A stretch of DNA of 55,564 nt, filler included, from Sluysia triapertura (Eukaryota): assembly GCA_046118255.1 (NCBI GenBank). It is 4 parts of 4 records of this genome, joined end to end, with 100 filler letters (N's around TTAATTAATTAA, not from the genome) between each part and the next. Parts side by side here need not be neighbours in the genome. Positions count along the whole stretch, not along the records: positions 39,690 to 55,564 come from JBJNIA010216364.1; 3 more parts are not named here. The stretch is one strand, 5' to 3'. Made by a program: the position numbers and the translations under genes. The number at the start of each line of letters is the position of its first letter. Position 1 is the first letter of the stretch. Positions 40,301 to 53,900 of the stretch are shown here, one piece after another. The notes under the pieces were generated by a model that worked only from the letters and a program-made list of their open reading frames with translations, had not been told where the DNA came from and ran no database searches.

Positions 40301-41398
40301 CTCAAACTTAATAAAAATAAACTAATGAAAAACAGTAAAAAGTGGAATGATTTGGTCGAATCCACTTTATCGTAAGTTGATACTTAAAACATTGTGACAA
40401 ACTTTGTCTAATTGAGATTGATTTATAGTAATTTTAATTGTTCTTGAACGATTTTGGACAAACAAATCTTATTTCACTAAAATTAATTTTTTTGCAATAT
40501 TTAAATACTTAATTTTTTACTTTAATATTTACAGTATTTTATTTAAATATTTAATTTTTTAAGATTGTACTAAAAAATAATTACATTAAATAAATCCAGA
40601 TTATAATAACAATTAAATTCAATAATACAGATAATCGATAATAATAACAATGTTAAGAATCAATAAATCAATAATAATTGTTTATTAATTATAAAATAAT
40701 TTATTTATTATAAAATAATTTATTTATTTATTATTTATTATAAAATAATAATTTATATAAAATAATTTATTTTATATATTTCATGTATCACTAATTAACA
40801 TAAATACACAACAACAAAATATTATTATTATTATAATTATTATAATTTGGATTAATAAATTTTGCTAAAGGACATGGAAGAAAATATTAAATTTATTGTC
40901 AATGAAAGGAAACATCAAATAATAGAGCCAGTATTAATAATGATACAGTGTACTAAACCCATACTTAGTTTAGTATAATTCAAAATCATTATAATAATTA
41001 TAAATCTTTTGGTTACGTAAGTTCTGAATACCTTTTGAAAATAATAACAGAATATTTAATTAAGATATCAGAAATAATTTGTGGACATAAAAAAGAAAGA
41101 CGTTATTTCAAAAATATTATGACGAATTATAAACACTAATATTAATTATTATTATTATGATAAAAATAACGATTATTAGGTATAAAATATGTGCACAATT
41201 ATTTAGATCAATTAATAAATGAAACAAAAATGTGAAAGCTGTGTAGTTTGGAAATTTTCTCTAAAAATTAAATAATTATCAGTGAAAAATTAAACGTTTT
41301 AATGTATTATTATGTTATTTAATTAATTTGAAATTTTCGAATTAAAATTTTACTTTTTAGTACACTATTAAAACACAACGTAAGCTAATGTGTGACTA

Positions 41399-41399
41399 C

Positions 41400-41452
<53 letters not shown>
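41399..41452. repeat. (ATA)n microsatellite
   Basis: Direct reading. Confidence 0.95.
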
Positions 41453-41454
<2 letters not shown>

Positions 41455-43764
41455 TATTATGTACGACTATGTATAAGTTATGCTTCATTTCTATTAATGT
41501 TATCACATTTTTCAATCATTAATGTAGCGATTTTGTTTTCGATGATTAATAAAAATTTATTTAACATTCAAGAAGTACTAGTTCACAGTCACCATCGCTG
41601 GAAGGATATACAATTTCAAAGGCTTTTGCAATATTGACAGCATCTGAATCTTCTGTTTCCTAAGAAATGACCTATTCTTGGTCCAATCTAGATCATTTAA
41701 AATGCTTGTTTTCTTAAAAGGCTATGAAATTACCTTTTGAAAATTCTAAATTATTATGTAAAGATTTCCTTATTGATTTTGGGGATCCAAAAGTAGGAAA
41801 CAAGTATTCTAAATCACGGTAGTATTCAAACTTCAAAATATATAATACTGTTAAAGATATATAATATTAAAACTACTGTAAGTATTGTAAATATTGTAAA
41901 TTCGATTTTCGTAATTAATTTTTGCTAAATATTAATTTTTATTATTTTTGAAATTGTAAATATTTGTGTATAATTGTAAAAATTCACCATTATTTTAAAT
42001 GATAAACTAATAATTAATAATATAAATATTAATGTTTATTAAAAGACAGAAATTCCATTACCATAATTATTTATTTTCAAATAATTCAACCTTGATTTAT
42101 TTTTAAACAATTGAAATTCGAATAATTTAACCATCTATTTTTAAATATTTAGACCTTGAATTTTTACAAATCAGTCATTGGAATTTAACACGACCAAGCC
42201 TATAATAAGGTATAAAACAAATTTTGCTCACACATAATCATTAATTATAGTCGAAAAAGAATTCGATATTTGGAAGATTGAAATTTTGTTACGTGGAAAA
42301 TATTAGAAATAATTTAGTTGAGAAAACTTATTTGGTTTTTCGCTATTCGGACAATACAGTCATTAAATACGAGGAAATTCGAAATTTCGTTGAGAAGGAA
42401 TACTAAGAAATTTACTGCAGTTGATTATAAAGGACATAACTATCTCAGAATTTGAAAATACCTTTGAGTAAGCTTATTTTTGTTAAGTTTAAGACATTGT
42501 TTTATTGTCGTAATATCTTACTTAAAATCATCTATTTTTTACACACAAAGATTAACTCTGGGTCAAATTTGAATTTAAAATCACATTATTAAAAAATTGA
42601 TTATTTATATTATAAGTTTCTTGTATTCATTTTTAATGTTATATATATTTTTTTTAATTGTTGTATAATAAACTTTTGTTCGTTGAATAATTTATTATTT
42701 AAAAACGGTGAAAGTTAAAAGAATCGCATAAGAGTAAGTAACTTTAAAGGAATTTAGATCGAAAGAATTTAAGATTAACTTTGTTAAAATTTACTATAAG
42801 TATTGAAGCTCCGTTTTAAATTGATTATTTCCAAAAGAAATAAGACTGACATCTTGAAACATATATTGACCCTCACTATTACTCTTTTTCATCAAATCCT
42901 ATGTACGCGTCCTTTTTTAAGATAAACCGCACTACGTAGGCGAACCCATTCTTTTTGAGTCTTCATAATTGTTAAGCTAAGAAAAGCGAACACTATTAAC
43001 TTAGGGAATATATTTTATTCTTAGTGAAATCGTGATAAAATTCCAATTAATCTGCAATTATTCTTGAGCTTGTAACAATTTCTTATATGCCAAAGCTTTT
43101 TCAATTACTAATTCTTGAAATTTATTATAAATTTTTATATGCTGGTCCTCACTCTGGGCACCAGTTTATTTTGCTAGATTTTTCTTAGCTTAAGAATAAA
43201 TGATGAATGATTATAGTGAGTTCACAAACGGATTTAAACTTACCATTTAGGGCTAGCGTTGGATTTTAGAAGCAAATAAATATAGGAGGTCAAATAATAA
43301 GCTTATAATTTAGATGTTACAATTAAATCAATATTCTCAAAAATGCTTCACTAGATTATTTTTATAGTCTGTAAGAAAATATAACAGATTTTAGGAAGAA
43401 TCCGTTAAAAGAATTCACAAATGAAATATATATTATGGCGTCAATAAAATTCGACGATACACAAAACAAATTTTGATTTTATTCTCTTTAAAACTATTAA
43501 ACCTTTTATTGTAATTACTGATAAGACAAATGTTCTCAAAGTATATTAATGACAAAAAATATGACAATTTCATTATAATAATATATTACACAATTAAAAT
43601 AATAATTTTAACAGATATTTTTCGGTAGAACTTTTAAATAGTTCTAAAATAATTTAAATTATGATTTTAAGTCGAAAGTTACGAATGTACCTAATAGATA
43701 CGTTCTTAATGTAGTGGATAACCTTTATAACTGTTAAAATTTTAAAAGAAAAAATTAATTAAAC

Positions 43765-44850
43765 CTTCAACACTTTAATATTCACACACTCACCTCCTAC
43801 ACACTTACAAAACAGTTCATTTGCCTACACTAAGCCATATTCACAAGCCATATACAAACCACAGTTACATCTAATACCATCAACTTACACCAACAAATTT
43901 ATCTAAAACATGTAATCCGACATTAATAACAACCAAATAATATCTACATTCGAAATTATCTACTTTGCACCTTAGAATCAATTACAACACCTTAAATTCA
44001 CCATTTGTCTTTGCATGGTCACCAACAACACAATACAACACCATTCAAAAAAATCAAATAAACAAATCACATATAACATTGCACAATAATATTTTAAGTA
44101 TACCAAGAGTTGTATTGTAGTTTACCAAACTACACTCTTCTCAATAGGTCTTTTATTCACGATCTTCCAAAATTTAAATATACTCTTAATCAGAAACATA
44201 AGTCATTACCTAAAAGTTCATCCCAGTGTTTCGCATTTAATTGCATTGCATAACAAATACTATTATAATTGAAGACGTTAATCACACATATAAATGCATT
44301 CTAACTAATCGGTACTTCAAGATTATTAGTTTAAAATACGTTAGAAATCTAGCAGAATTAAAGGAAGATTGTGTACAGATTTAAAGAATTCAAATTTATG
44401 CAATAAATAACAACACTAACATGTGCATCTTGTTATTGTTGTTATTGCATTCAATTTTATCAATTTTTATTTCATTTTAATTTATAATATGTTAAGAACA
44501 AAGTAGTAAAGAAAAGAAAGCTCATGTGAAATTATCATAAGAAGTTTATGCGATTTTTAATATTTTTGTTCAAAAATAACATTAATAATAATAACAACAT
44601 TGTTGTTATTATTGTTATAAAGTTTTATTAAACTAATTAAATTTTTAAAAAATAATATAATTTGTTACTACCATTACCAGTGTTGACATTGCTCATCACA
44701 ATCATCATTATCGCGTCAACACTGACGATGACCAATCACTCGTCAGTACTATTTTAATAATGAAAATTTCGTTCACATTACTGTCATCCAATCAGAATAA
44801 ATTTTATTAAAATATTATTACCATAATTCTGATTGGATGACCAACCACTA
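43765..44850 (+). mobile_element. Family A leader, copy 2 (5'-truncated) with hairpin cluster
   Basis: Reverse-complement homologue of about 7370-8460. Hairpins at 44399-44449, 44581-44618, 44672-44730 and 44783-44841. Confidence 0.7.
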
Positions 44851-44971
44851 AACATGGTCTAAAAAAGAATTGTCATATTTTTATAGTGCTGGTTAGAAAG
44901 GACTCATTTAATTATATTACGAAGTTATTATTACTACTAATAGCAATTATCATTTTTATAGCTTCATTTAA

Positions 44972-46268
44972 TCAATAAAATTCGCGGATATTACTTTTAT
45001 GATTGATGATCCTGATAACAATTAAACAAACAATAAAATTCCCTTATGTTCAATTTCAAATTGTTAGTCCTATCATAGTTTTATCTTGGAACGAGTTTCC
45101 GAAAGACAATACAACCTTAAAGTTACAAGTAACATTTTATCTGATTGAAAATGATGATATTATGATTGAGTCGTCATTAATAAATAAACATTGGCAACAA
45201 CTGAGAATTATCTATGATAATACTGTTGTTAATTCGTCATATTCATTATTAAGTACTATTTCAAGATTTTGCAAACGTTTGGTACCTGCTTTAAGCTTAA
45301 AGTTATACGATTCAGTTTTATTGTATAGTTTAAAACCTTTAAAAGTATCGAACGAAACTAAATCAATAAATGCAATCGATGCTAGATTACAAAATTATCC
45401 AGAAATATATCACGTACAAATAAAATGCTTAATAGATCTCATCATTTTACCTATAATCTTCAGAGTCCGGTTTAGAATTACCGTTATTTTTAGTAAATGA
45501 GGATCCTAAATTTAATAAATTAAAGTTTATTTGGGTTCGAATTAGATATACGATTCAGAAGAATGTTGTTTCTAATAGTTTATATGATTTGATTTATTTA
45601 GTTAAATTGAGCATAATGATTCAACAAAATAAAGCCATCTGTATAGTTGATATTCAAAGTAGTACAACTGAGGAAAGTATTCCGGATCACTTAACTAATC
45701 TTATTCTAATATTTATAAATGTTTATCTTAACGACCCTGCGCACGACTAAGTTTTGTTACGATCATATTTCGAATTTGAAATATGTCGTCTTGTTCCAGT
45801 TAAATTGGTTCACATTGATATGCGTCGTGTCACAAGAAGATCCAAGAATATCAAGCTGTTTCAGAATGGAGACGATGATGGGCATGGTGAAACGACATTT
45901 CTAGTAATTTTTTATTTTTCTTGTTCATTTTTTATTTAAGTATTCTATCTTTTTTAGACCATAATCCCAGTGCGAGGCCTATTGAAGTACAGCAGGGTGC
46001 AGCCATAAAAATAATAGATTTAAATTTCGTGTTAGATGAAAATGTGAAAGTTACTTATTCTTATTTTAACTCAGTGTATAAATTAATAAAAATTTGTTTT
46101 TGTGAGTTTTATAAATATGTTGTCGATGACGTAATAAGAAATAATTTTAATTTTGCAAGAAATTTTCACGAAATAAAAAAAGGTCTTACGAATTACGAAC
46201 TTACGTATTTACAACCACTCAACGATAAACTTTTTAACGTTAACCTCATCAAATTTTATATCGTGTAA
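44972..46268 (+). pseudogene. Disrupted cargo ORF, BTB-like N-terminus (family A, copy 2)
   Basis: KFADITFMIDD/...FQIVSPII resembles a BTB start (SDVTF...SPVF). Downstream ORF fragments at 45003-45500, 45754-45939 (GETTFL) and 45921-46268. Confidence 0.35.
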
Positions 46269-46287
46269 TAAACTCTTATCAAACAAG

Positions 46288-46782
46288 TGTAAGGACCCTA
46301 ACATAACTTTATTAATTTAGTATAAAACAACACCACCAAATCCTTCTCAGGCAATTCAAACTATCTTACCAAAATTTCGATAAAAATGCATATATTCTTT
46401 GCTTTGAGACTTTATACACGATCTTTCTTTGCTTGTTTTGTGTTACTTAACATATCTATGTTGTAGAAATGAAGAGAGCTTTCAGTTTTGTGAATTTAAA
46501 GCGATAAGGTTTTTCTTCGTGGCTTTACCTTCTTTTATGTGATTGTTTCTGATATTCTGGCTGAAATAATATTATTGTCTGAAGTGTTATTAATATATGT
46601 ATAGTTTTGAGATGAAAACTTAGAATAAGGTAGACGTTAAGTAAATAATGATGGTGTTTGGTTGTGAATGTTGATGTAATTAGGTTGTTTGGGATGGAAA
46701 GATGTGGATATAAAATATTTTGAATTAAAATGTTTTGATGGTTTGGAGTATTAATGTTAAAGTTATGAGTTTGCCTACCACA
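46288..46782 (-). mobile_element. Solo-LTR-like element related to family A
   Basis: Minus strand TGTGGTAGG...CCTTACA. Contains the AAGATCGTGTA motif shared with about 7820 and 44370. No TSD seen. Confidence 0.5.
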
Positions 46783-46899
46783 TACTCTGTATCTGGAATC
46801 CTGGATCAGATGAATCAAATTCCATCAATTTCTTAATATTTAGGTCATCAACATTTTCAAAGCCATTATTTCATTATTTCACGTAATTCTAAAATGTGA

Positions 46900-47562
46900 C
46901 ATATCTCAGGTTCGATAGAGTGCGAAACATTACTTTCTACATTTGACAAAATTTTCAACACCGATCGAGTTCGTGTTATTGGCTTAATTTTGTTCCAAGA
47001 TTTAACAGCTCCATATATTGCATCCAACAAAGTCGTCCTTTAATCCCAATGAATCATAAAAGAATTTGGTTTTATGTGCAATTACGGAGACTGTAATTGG
47101 CATTCCTTCTGCTCGCTTTTGATTAAACCATTTAAGCATAGCTGCATCTAAATCTTCATACTTTTTCCATACTTTTCCGAGTTGAAGGTCCTGCATTAAT
47201 ATCGCAATCTCTTGTAAACTGCTCCAACTTTCTTTTTTGCTTAATTATATCGCGAACTGTTTGATCACCAACTCCATATTTCGATGTGGATTTCAATTAA
47301 CTGAAGTTTTTATTTTACAATCAGTTTGACTCTTTTTGCGATTATTTGACATTGGGATAGGGTATTTTTCTGAATTTAATTATCATAAGTTATCTTAAAC
47401 CTAAAGAAAAATAAACGATACATACCGGCAAATCAATAAAATTAAAGTTGTACTTCTTAATCTATATATATAAATGTGTGTGCGTGTATTTATTTGAACA
47501 ATTATGCATTTTCTAAATATTATCCACGGATAATCTGCACGGATAGTCGGTAGTTTATATTG
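46900..47562 (-). mobile_element. Tigger/pogo transposon remnant (5' end plus CENP-B HTH)
   Basis: KYGVGDQTVRDIIKQKRKL and YEDLDAAMLKWFNQKRAEGMPIT...AHKTKFFYDSLG; TIR-like CAATATAAACTACCGACTATCCG at 47562. Confidence 0.85.
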
Positions 47563-48098
47563 ATAAATTATCCAATAAATGTCTTTATTAACCAAATATA
47601 ACTTTTACAATGAGTTAAATCCGAAATTATAAATTAATCCTTTATACAATAATCATCCATATTGTTAATTCAAATTACGCAGTTATTGCACTTAAATGAA
47701 ATTGTTATATTGCTTGATATATTATTGCTCCATCGCAAAGGTTAATTCTTTATTTAGATATTTATTACAAATAAATTATAACTTGGTCGATAAGCTTTTT
47801 TTTATGAATCTATCTCGATAAGCTATTTCTCCGCGTATCCATCTGCTTTGATAACCATATCCACATACATCACTGATTTAATATTAGGACATTGATTTTG
47901 AATTTTTTATTGCTAATTCAATCAAATTAGTTCTCAATTCTTAAAGTTTTCATAAACGGTGATTATTAATTTTATTAATCATTAAATGATTTTGTTATTA
48001 TTTATACTATTTAGTTTAAACTTAGTTAGATTTATATGAAATATTTAGTATTATTACTTTATTCTTTAGTCATATGTTACATTTTATTATATTTTTAG

Positions 48099-48231
48099 AA
48101 ACAGATCGAATGATGAAAGTCTGGAATCTTTCTGTTTTTTCCTTGAATCTCCAGAATTATTTACTTTATTGAAAGAACAAGGAATATCCCTTACAGATTT
48201 GAAAATGATGGATGAAGAAAAATTGATATCT
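48099..48231 (+). CDS. SAM-domain gene (ASZ1/GASZ-like), exon A
   Basis: tttttAG|...|GTttgt, 133 nt, phase 2 to 0: NRSNDESLESFCFFLESPELFTLLKEQGISLTDLKMMDEEKLIS (SAM helices 1-4). Confidence 0.75.
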
Positions 48232-48289
48232 GTTTGTATTTATTATTTCAAATGATAAAAATATTTCATGATAATGTCTTTAAACACCT

Positions 48290-48820
48290 TGTAAATTAAT
48301 TTTTGGTATCGATAATTTATAATCAATTTCATTTTCCCATATCACTAGTTTGATTTCATAATTTCGATCCATTTCGAACAGGTTGTGAATAAAAGGCAAT
48401 TTCAAATAAAAATTCTTTATTGGAAAATCACACATGCTTCCATAGATTACTGGAAAACTTTTCTAACAAATTGTTGGCTTCATTCAACCTGGAATCATGA
48501 AATGTAAACTTTAATTCACAACACATAACATTTCAGATTAGACAATTTTAAAATATTAAACATTGAACTTTGAAAATACCAAGTATCACGAATTATCATT
48601 TTCGCGATATGATTGAAGAAACCACAAGTAACATTACTGCATCTCTAGTAAATTAAGTCGTTGGAAAACATAATTATGTGATAAAAATTAATTTTTTCAC
48701 ATTATTAATAACACAATTATTAAAGTTATTATATCCAACAATTTTTGATCGAAATTTATAAGTTTAGTGTCTTATATTTCAATTAATTTGCAGCACGCTT
48801 TTTTCATTAAAAATGTATCA
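48290..48820 (-). mobile_element. Ty3/gypsy integrase relic in an intron
   Basis: KMIIRDTWYF (H2C2 region), WKHV and SKWIEIMKS motifs in integrase order; decayed. Confidence 0.45.
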
Positions 48821-49938
48821 TTACATTTTTCATGTATTGTGAATCATTATCATTATCATTCAGATATGGTAACACACTTAACAATGTACAACGAAATTGT
48901 ATTAAAATTTATAACTTTATTTTAATTACTGTGTTTGTAATATTTTATCTTTATATTAGGATTACTTGAATAATCATGAATGTCTTGAATATAATTTTTG
49001 TCTTGTTAAATCGATTTATAATTAGTCTATATTGCAGAGGTTGGTTCTGAATTCGTCCCTATTGTTATAGAAAGATAACAAATTTTAGTAGTTAAAGTCT
49101 TGAATCCATGTACTCAAGAATAAATTATACGAAGGCATTTTTAATAACGAAAATAAAACATAAGTATATACTCCAAAGACTACGCAATAGTTAAGACATT
49201 ATTCAACTTTAATTTTAAATGATTACTTACAAGTTATGATTTCCAAATATTCATTCTAATATAACATGCTAGAAGGAATTAAGATGTTTGAAAATGATTA
49301 TTAGTAGATTTCGAAATAAGGTAGGGCGACCTATCTTACAACAAGTTTGAAATGATTTTTCAAAATTTTATACCTTTACATTTTTAAAATGATTAATCGT
49401 TATTTAAAATCACAAAATATTTCAGTTTGCAAAGAAAATAGATATATACATTTAGGAAATTTTGTATTTATGAGTATATCGTGTCTCAAACAAAGATTGG
49501 ACAAAAAGATCAACCACTGTTTTATATTTACCAATTGCTGCTATTCCAGATCAATGTCGATATTATCGTAACATCGAAATTTGTACGTATATATTTGCAT
49601 AATTAGACTTTCTCAATAGTAATTTGGAAACCGTTTTGTTTTTTCTATCTGGAAACACAATTCCCGAATTGAACAAAAAGGAAATTCACTGGATGGTAAA
49701 ATAATTGATTTAATTTTAAAGATTCGAATATCACAATGATTTAAAAATTAATATAAAACCAAATTTAGTTTATGATTATGATTTGAAGTTTCATGTTCTG
49801 AAAACTAATCTGCAAAAAAATAACAAATCTATTTAAACCAAAATTGTAATTTTTAAATAGTCACTATTTCATTGTTCAAACTATTTATAAATTATTTATA
49901 TTTTTCTAATAAAATTTATATACAAATTTTATTTTTAG

Positions 49939-50054
49939 TTAAATGTACCCACCGATATTTCTAAGAAAATTATAAATTCAATGTTAGATATGAAAGTAGC
50001 ATCTAAAAATCCAATCAATCGAAGGATTAGTTATGAGTATGGAAAACCTTTAAA
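49939..50054 (+). CDS. SAM-domain gene (ASZ1/GASZ-like), exon B
   Basis: tttttAG|...|GTAAGT, 116 nt, phase 0 to 2: LNVPTDISKKIINSMLDMKVASKNPINRRISYEYGKPL(K), completing SAM helix 5. Confidence 0.8.
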
Positions 50055-50074
50055 GTAAGTCTTCGTTTAACATT

Positions 50075-50135
50075 TATATAACTTATAAATATATAACTTA
50101 TAAATATATAACTTATATAAATATATAACTTATAT
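50075..50135. repeat. About 15-bp minisatellite (TATATAACTTATAAA)x4
   Basis: Direct reading. Confidence 0.85.
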
Positions 50136-50227
50136 ATTTATATTATATTATATTTATATTATATATTATATATTTTACGACATAATAGGCAAAGTTGGTT
50201 GATAACTTACAAACATAAGGAATCGTT

Positions 50228-50790
50228 TTATTCATCAAAGTATGCACCCATATTATCTACATACTTTTGCCATTTAAGGAGCATGTTATTCAGGCCGATG
50301 CTATAAGACCCTGGTGGGAGAGAGTTGTCTAAATTGCGGATGAAGTGGTAGTCAGTGGGGGCTAAATTTGTCAACAGTAGTTTTGTCACAGTCGCTTGTG
50401 CAATCTAAGCTGATTTTAAAGTTTTTGCTTTATTTCTTGCAATATTCTGCTTTGATCGATGAACCTGGATTCATGAAATAATAATGGATCACACCTGTCC
50501 TAGATCACTAAACACTCACCGTCAGTTTCTTTTGGATTCATTATCCAACATACGTGCTGAACGTTTGCAATTACCATATTGGATCTATTTATCATCCAAA
50601 GGGACAATTCTATTCACATTTGTGACAAGAAAACAACATCAAACAAGCTTCCGGATGTTTTTGTTTCTGTTTTTCGTTAATACACGTATCTATCTTTTTC
50701 ACTTCAACTATAATTCATAGATGGGTCAGACTCACCGATGATCTTTAGTTCGTCGTTGATTCTGGGCGACCGCTGTGGTGGCTCAAAACT
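50228..50790 (-). mobile_element. mariner transposase remnant
   Basis: INDELKIIGESDPS, RIVPLDDK*IQYGNCKRSA (RIVTxDEKW), NLAPTDYHFIRNLDNSL and LKWQKYVDNMGAYFDE*. Confidence 0.9.
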
Positions 50791-51579
50791 AAAATTATAA
50801 TTTTATTACCTACGTCCACAGATACAACATTCAATACGCAACATCAATACGCAATTCCAATACATTCTAATTCAAACAATTTCTCACTCTCAATAACTCT
50901 TCATATATTTAAACTCCAACTTGCATAATCCTTGCTATATCATAAGATACTTATTATATCAAACTTAATTAGGTAACACACTTTCAATTTATACCTGTAA
51001 CATTCAAAATAAATAGATTATTTAGAACTTTATGGATTATTATTATTTATTATAATAAATAATAGATTATTATTATTCATAACCTATGCGAATCATTCAT
51101 GCATAATTTAATTTACAAATCACTCGAATTACCGAATTTATAATTAATATTTTACTATACACTTTTAAACTTATAAGATTAAAGAAATTATCACAATAAA
51201 GTGCTCAAAATGCTTAAAATATTGTCCTATAACACATTTCATTAATTCAAAATAAAATTTATTGAAGAACGTTTGGAACATTTAGTAGATTTTGTTGCAA
51301 CTTTAATTCTACAAATTTATATCTCTCAATTCACTTATCTTATATTTGAAAAAGTTATTAAGAAAGTTTTTCAAATTATTTTATGAATATATGTTAAAAA
51401 TTTCAAATATGTACTCTAATAAATAAAATTTAAATGCTAATAAATAGAATAGAGAGAAATCAGTTAATAGTTTAGTGCTATCTAACAATTTATTACAAAA
51501 AGTTTCAGTTTTTATTTTATGAATCAAATGTACTATAACAGCTAATTTCTATATATGATCTAATTTTTTATATTTACAG

Positions 51580-51712
51580 ACCCTTATCCATTTTGGATAT
51601 GTCAGGAAGTATAGTAGATCATATAGGAACAATTGAATCCAGAATAGAAGAACTGGTTGATCATTTGAATAATAATATGCATAAATATCGCGAACAATAT
51701 CAAATTGCAAAT
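51580..51712 (+). CDS. SAM-domain gene (ASZ1/GASZ-like), exon C (helical/coiled-coil)
   Basis: tttacAG|...|GTtagt, 133 nt, phase 2 to 0, in frame with exon B: PLSILDMSGSIVDHIGTIESRIEELVDHLNNNMHKYREQYQIAN. Confidence 0.75.
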
Positions 51713-52849
51713 GTTAGTTTCTCTTAAAAGTTAATATTGCATTTTGAGTTGAAATATTTTTATATTTTTACTTATAACTCTACTAAAACATTGTGTTTTC
51801 ATTTCACATATAAATTGAGTGAAAATTAAAAAAATTTCTATTATTAAATAACGGATATTCCAATTTATACACAGCAGAGAAATATCCAAAACAAATTTAA
51901 GAATACAACATGAATTTGATTAACGCTTTTTCAATAATTGCGTTCTCGAAACTTAAAAATCTCGGAATTTAAATATATTCAAATTATTGTGCCATTTAAT
52001 CAATTCATATAAAGTTAGATTATTTCTGAACATGACCAATCAAAACTTTGACATTTTAACACATTTTTACTGTGTGTTAAAATAATCTCATTTAACGATG
52101 TTTCATTTAGCGCTTTATTCTGTGCTTTACTGAAAGGTGTTCCAAATATCAAAAGCATAAGTAAATGAGAAAATAACAATCATGAATATGAATGTTGACA
52201 AAAACTATTATGCTATAATAAAAAATTTTTAATGATATAATAAGGTGTTGCAGTGATTAAATAATAAAAAATAATCGGTAATTGACGAGCATATTGGTAA
52301 CTGGTTTGAGTATTGAGGATGTTTTATCAAAACTATCTTTCTGATTAGACTACTTTTATAGTAAATAGATTTATGATTCTTTGCAACACTTTGTCACTTT
52401 ATCTTTACATCCAAAATTTACAAAAATACATTATATTCAGAGACAGTATTGATTTGTGCATGTTATTTGACAGGCTTGTTAGATAGGTTTTTTCTTAATT
52501 TAACAACCAATTGTTTTAACTTTACTTAAAAATATGTTTGTACTCTAGTATGATATTTTAACAAGATGCTTAGTTATATCAAAATGAGACATCCTATATC
52601 TATTGCATTGCATAAAATTTGTTTGGATTAACAAATGCGTAAAATTCACTTGGAATTATAAAAGCAACTGAATTTCGATCACAATGAATATTAGCATTTT
52701 TTAGATAATTTTAGTACATTCAAATATTTAATGTAATTAAAGTTAATTTTGCTTAGCACTCGGAATACTTCAACTTTTTTTAAAAATGCATCTTATCAAT
52801 TTCCAAAACGTTTTGCATAATTTAAATTTATAATATTGACAATAAAGTA

Positions 52850-53330
52850 AATTGCAATTATCTTTATTCAGTAGTTCTGTCTGGCTGTTCAGATCATTTC
52901 TCCCAATTCATTATTATTATTAAGTTGAAATCAATTATAAATTCGGTTTAGCATTTTCTATAATTTTCATATCAGAAGAACACGGTGACCACTGGGATTT
53001 ATATTTTCAAAATACGCAATTTTTCGTTTTAAAATTTGTGAACTTGAAATAGTATAGTTAGGATTACACAATAGTTTTTTTTATTACATTCAAATTTTCC
53101 ACAAATAAATTTTTCTTGCAGCTTTTTTTTCGGAATAAATGAATATTTATCATGTATAAAATGAACGGTAATTAAAAAGTATTACTCGTATAAAGTCAAT
53201 CCAATGTGAGTTCTTCATAAGAAAAATCCATTTTACTGATATATAAGGATAATTTTGTTCCAACATAAATTTACATCTTTTTCTGATAACCTGAACTTGA
53301 TTTTCAATTATAACTGATATTGTACTGTGG
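52850..53330 (-). mobile_element. Tc1-like transposase remnant
   Basis: QWSPCSSDMKIIENA at 52950-52994 resembles WPPxSPDLNxIENxW; boundaries approximate. Confidence 0.6.
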
Positions 53331-53371
53331 GAATATGTAGAGATAAAATAGAATAAAGTAGGATTTTAACG

Positions 53372-53900
53372 AGAGTCCGCAACGTACTAGGCTTACCAGT
53401 TAGGGCTAGCCATTGGATTTTTTTCTATAATTAAAAAGGATTTTCACTAAGGAAAATATCTTAATGTTTGCTTAGGCTTTAAAGAATGCTCTAAAGTTAA
53501 GATCTGCGTACATCTAATTAGTTTGCAAAATTTATAAGGACAATTAAATCTAGATCTGGAGGTATTTTAGTTGTAGCACTGAAAATCGTTTATAATTTTA
53601 ATAATAATAAAAGTCGTTTATAAATGATTTTTCGGAAATCCTATTAAAATGATTTGTGTTTGAGATAAATAATTTGTCGTTGTCAAAATTATACTTTGAC
53701 TAAAAACTTTACTGGTAATGATAAATTTACGTATTTTAAAACTATAAAAATTAATTTCTGTTCAATAATAATAAAGGCTTTTTCGTAAAAGTGTATTTAT
53801 CAAATATATTACAACAAAAATCGATAATAGATTTTTAAAATTTTCAATTTAAAAAATATATTTTGCGAGAAACTGTCAAATGTTTCAAGGTATGTTACTA
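53372..53900. repeat. Family B dispersed repeat, copy 2
   Basis: Shares the identical 26-mer and patchy downstream similarity with 39768-40300. Confidence 0.6.

Noticed and set aside
41392-41637. Poly-Ile ORF, along with the ORFs at 18964, 12290, 14736, 13393 and 31882
   Set aside because: These are translations of microsatellite or AT-rich low-complexity DNA.
44700-44775. Hammerhead ribozyme (CTGACGA and GAAA on the minus strand)
   Set aside because: The required stems I-III cannot be formed around the core.
35089-48099. Splicing Cav3 onto the SAM exons as a channel-SAM fusion
   Set aside because: They are on different contigs and have incompatible phases (1 versus 2).
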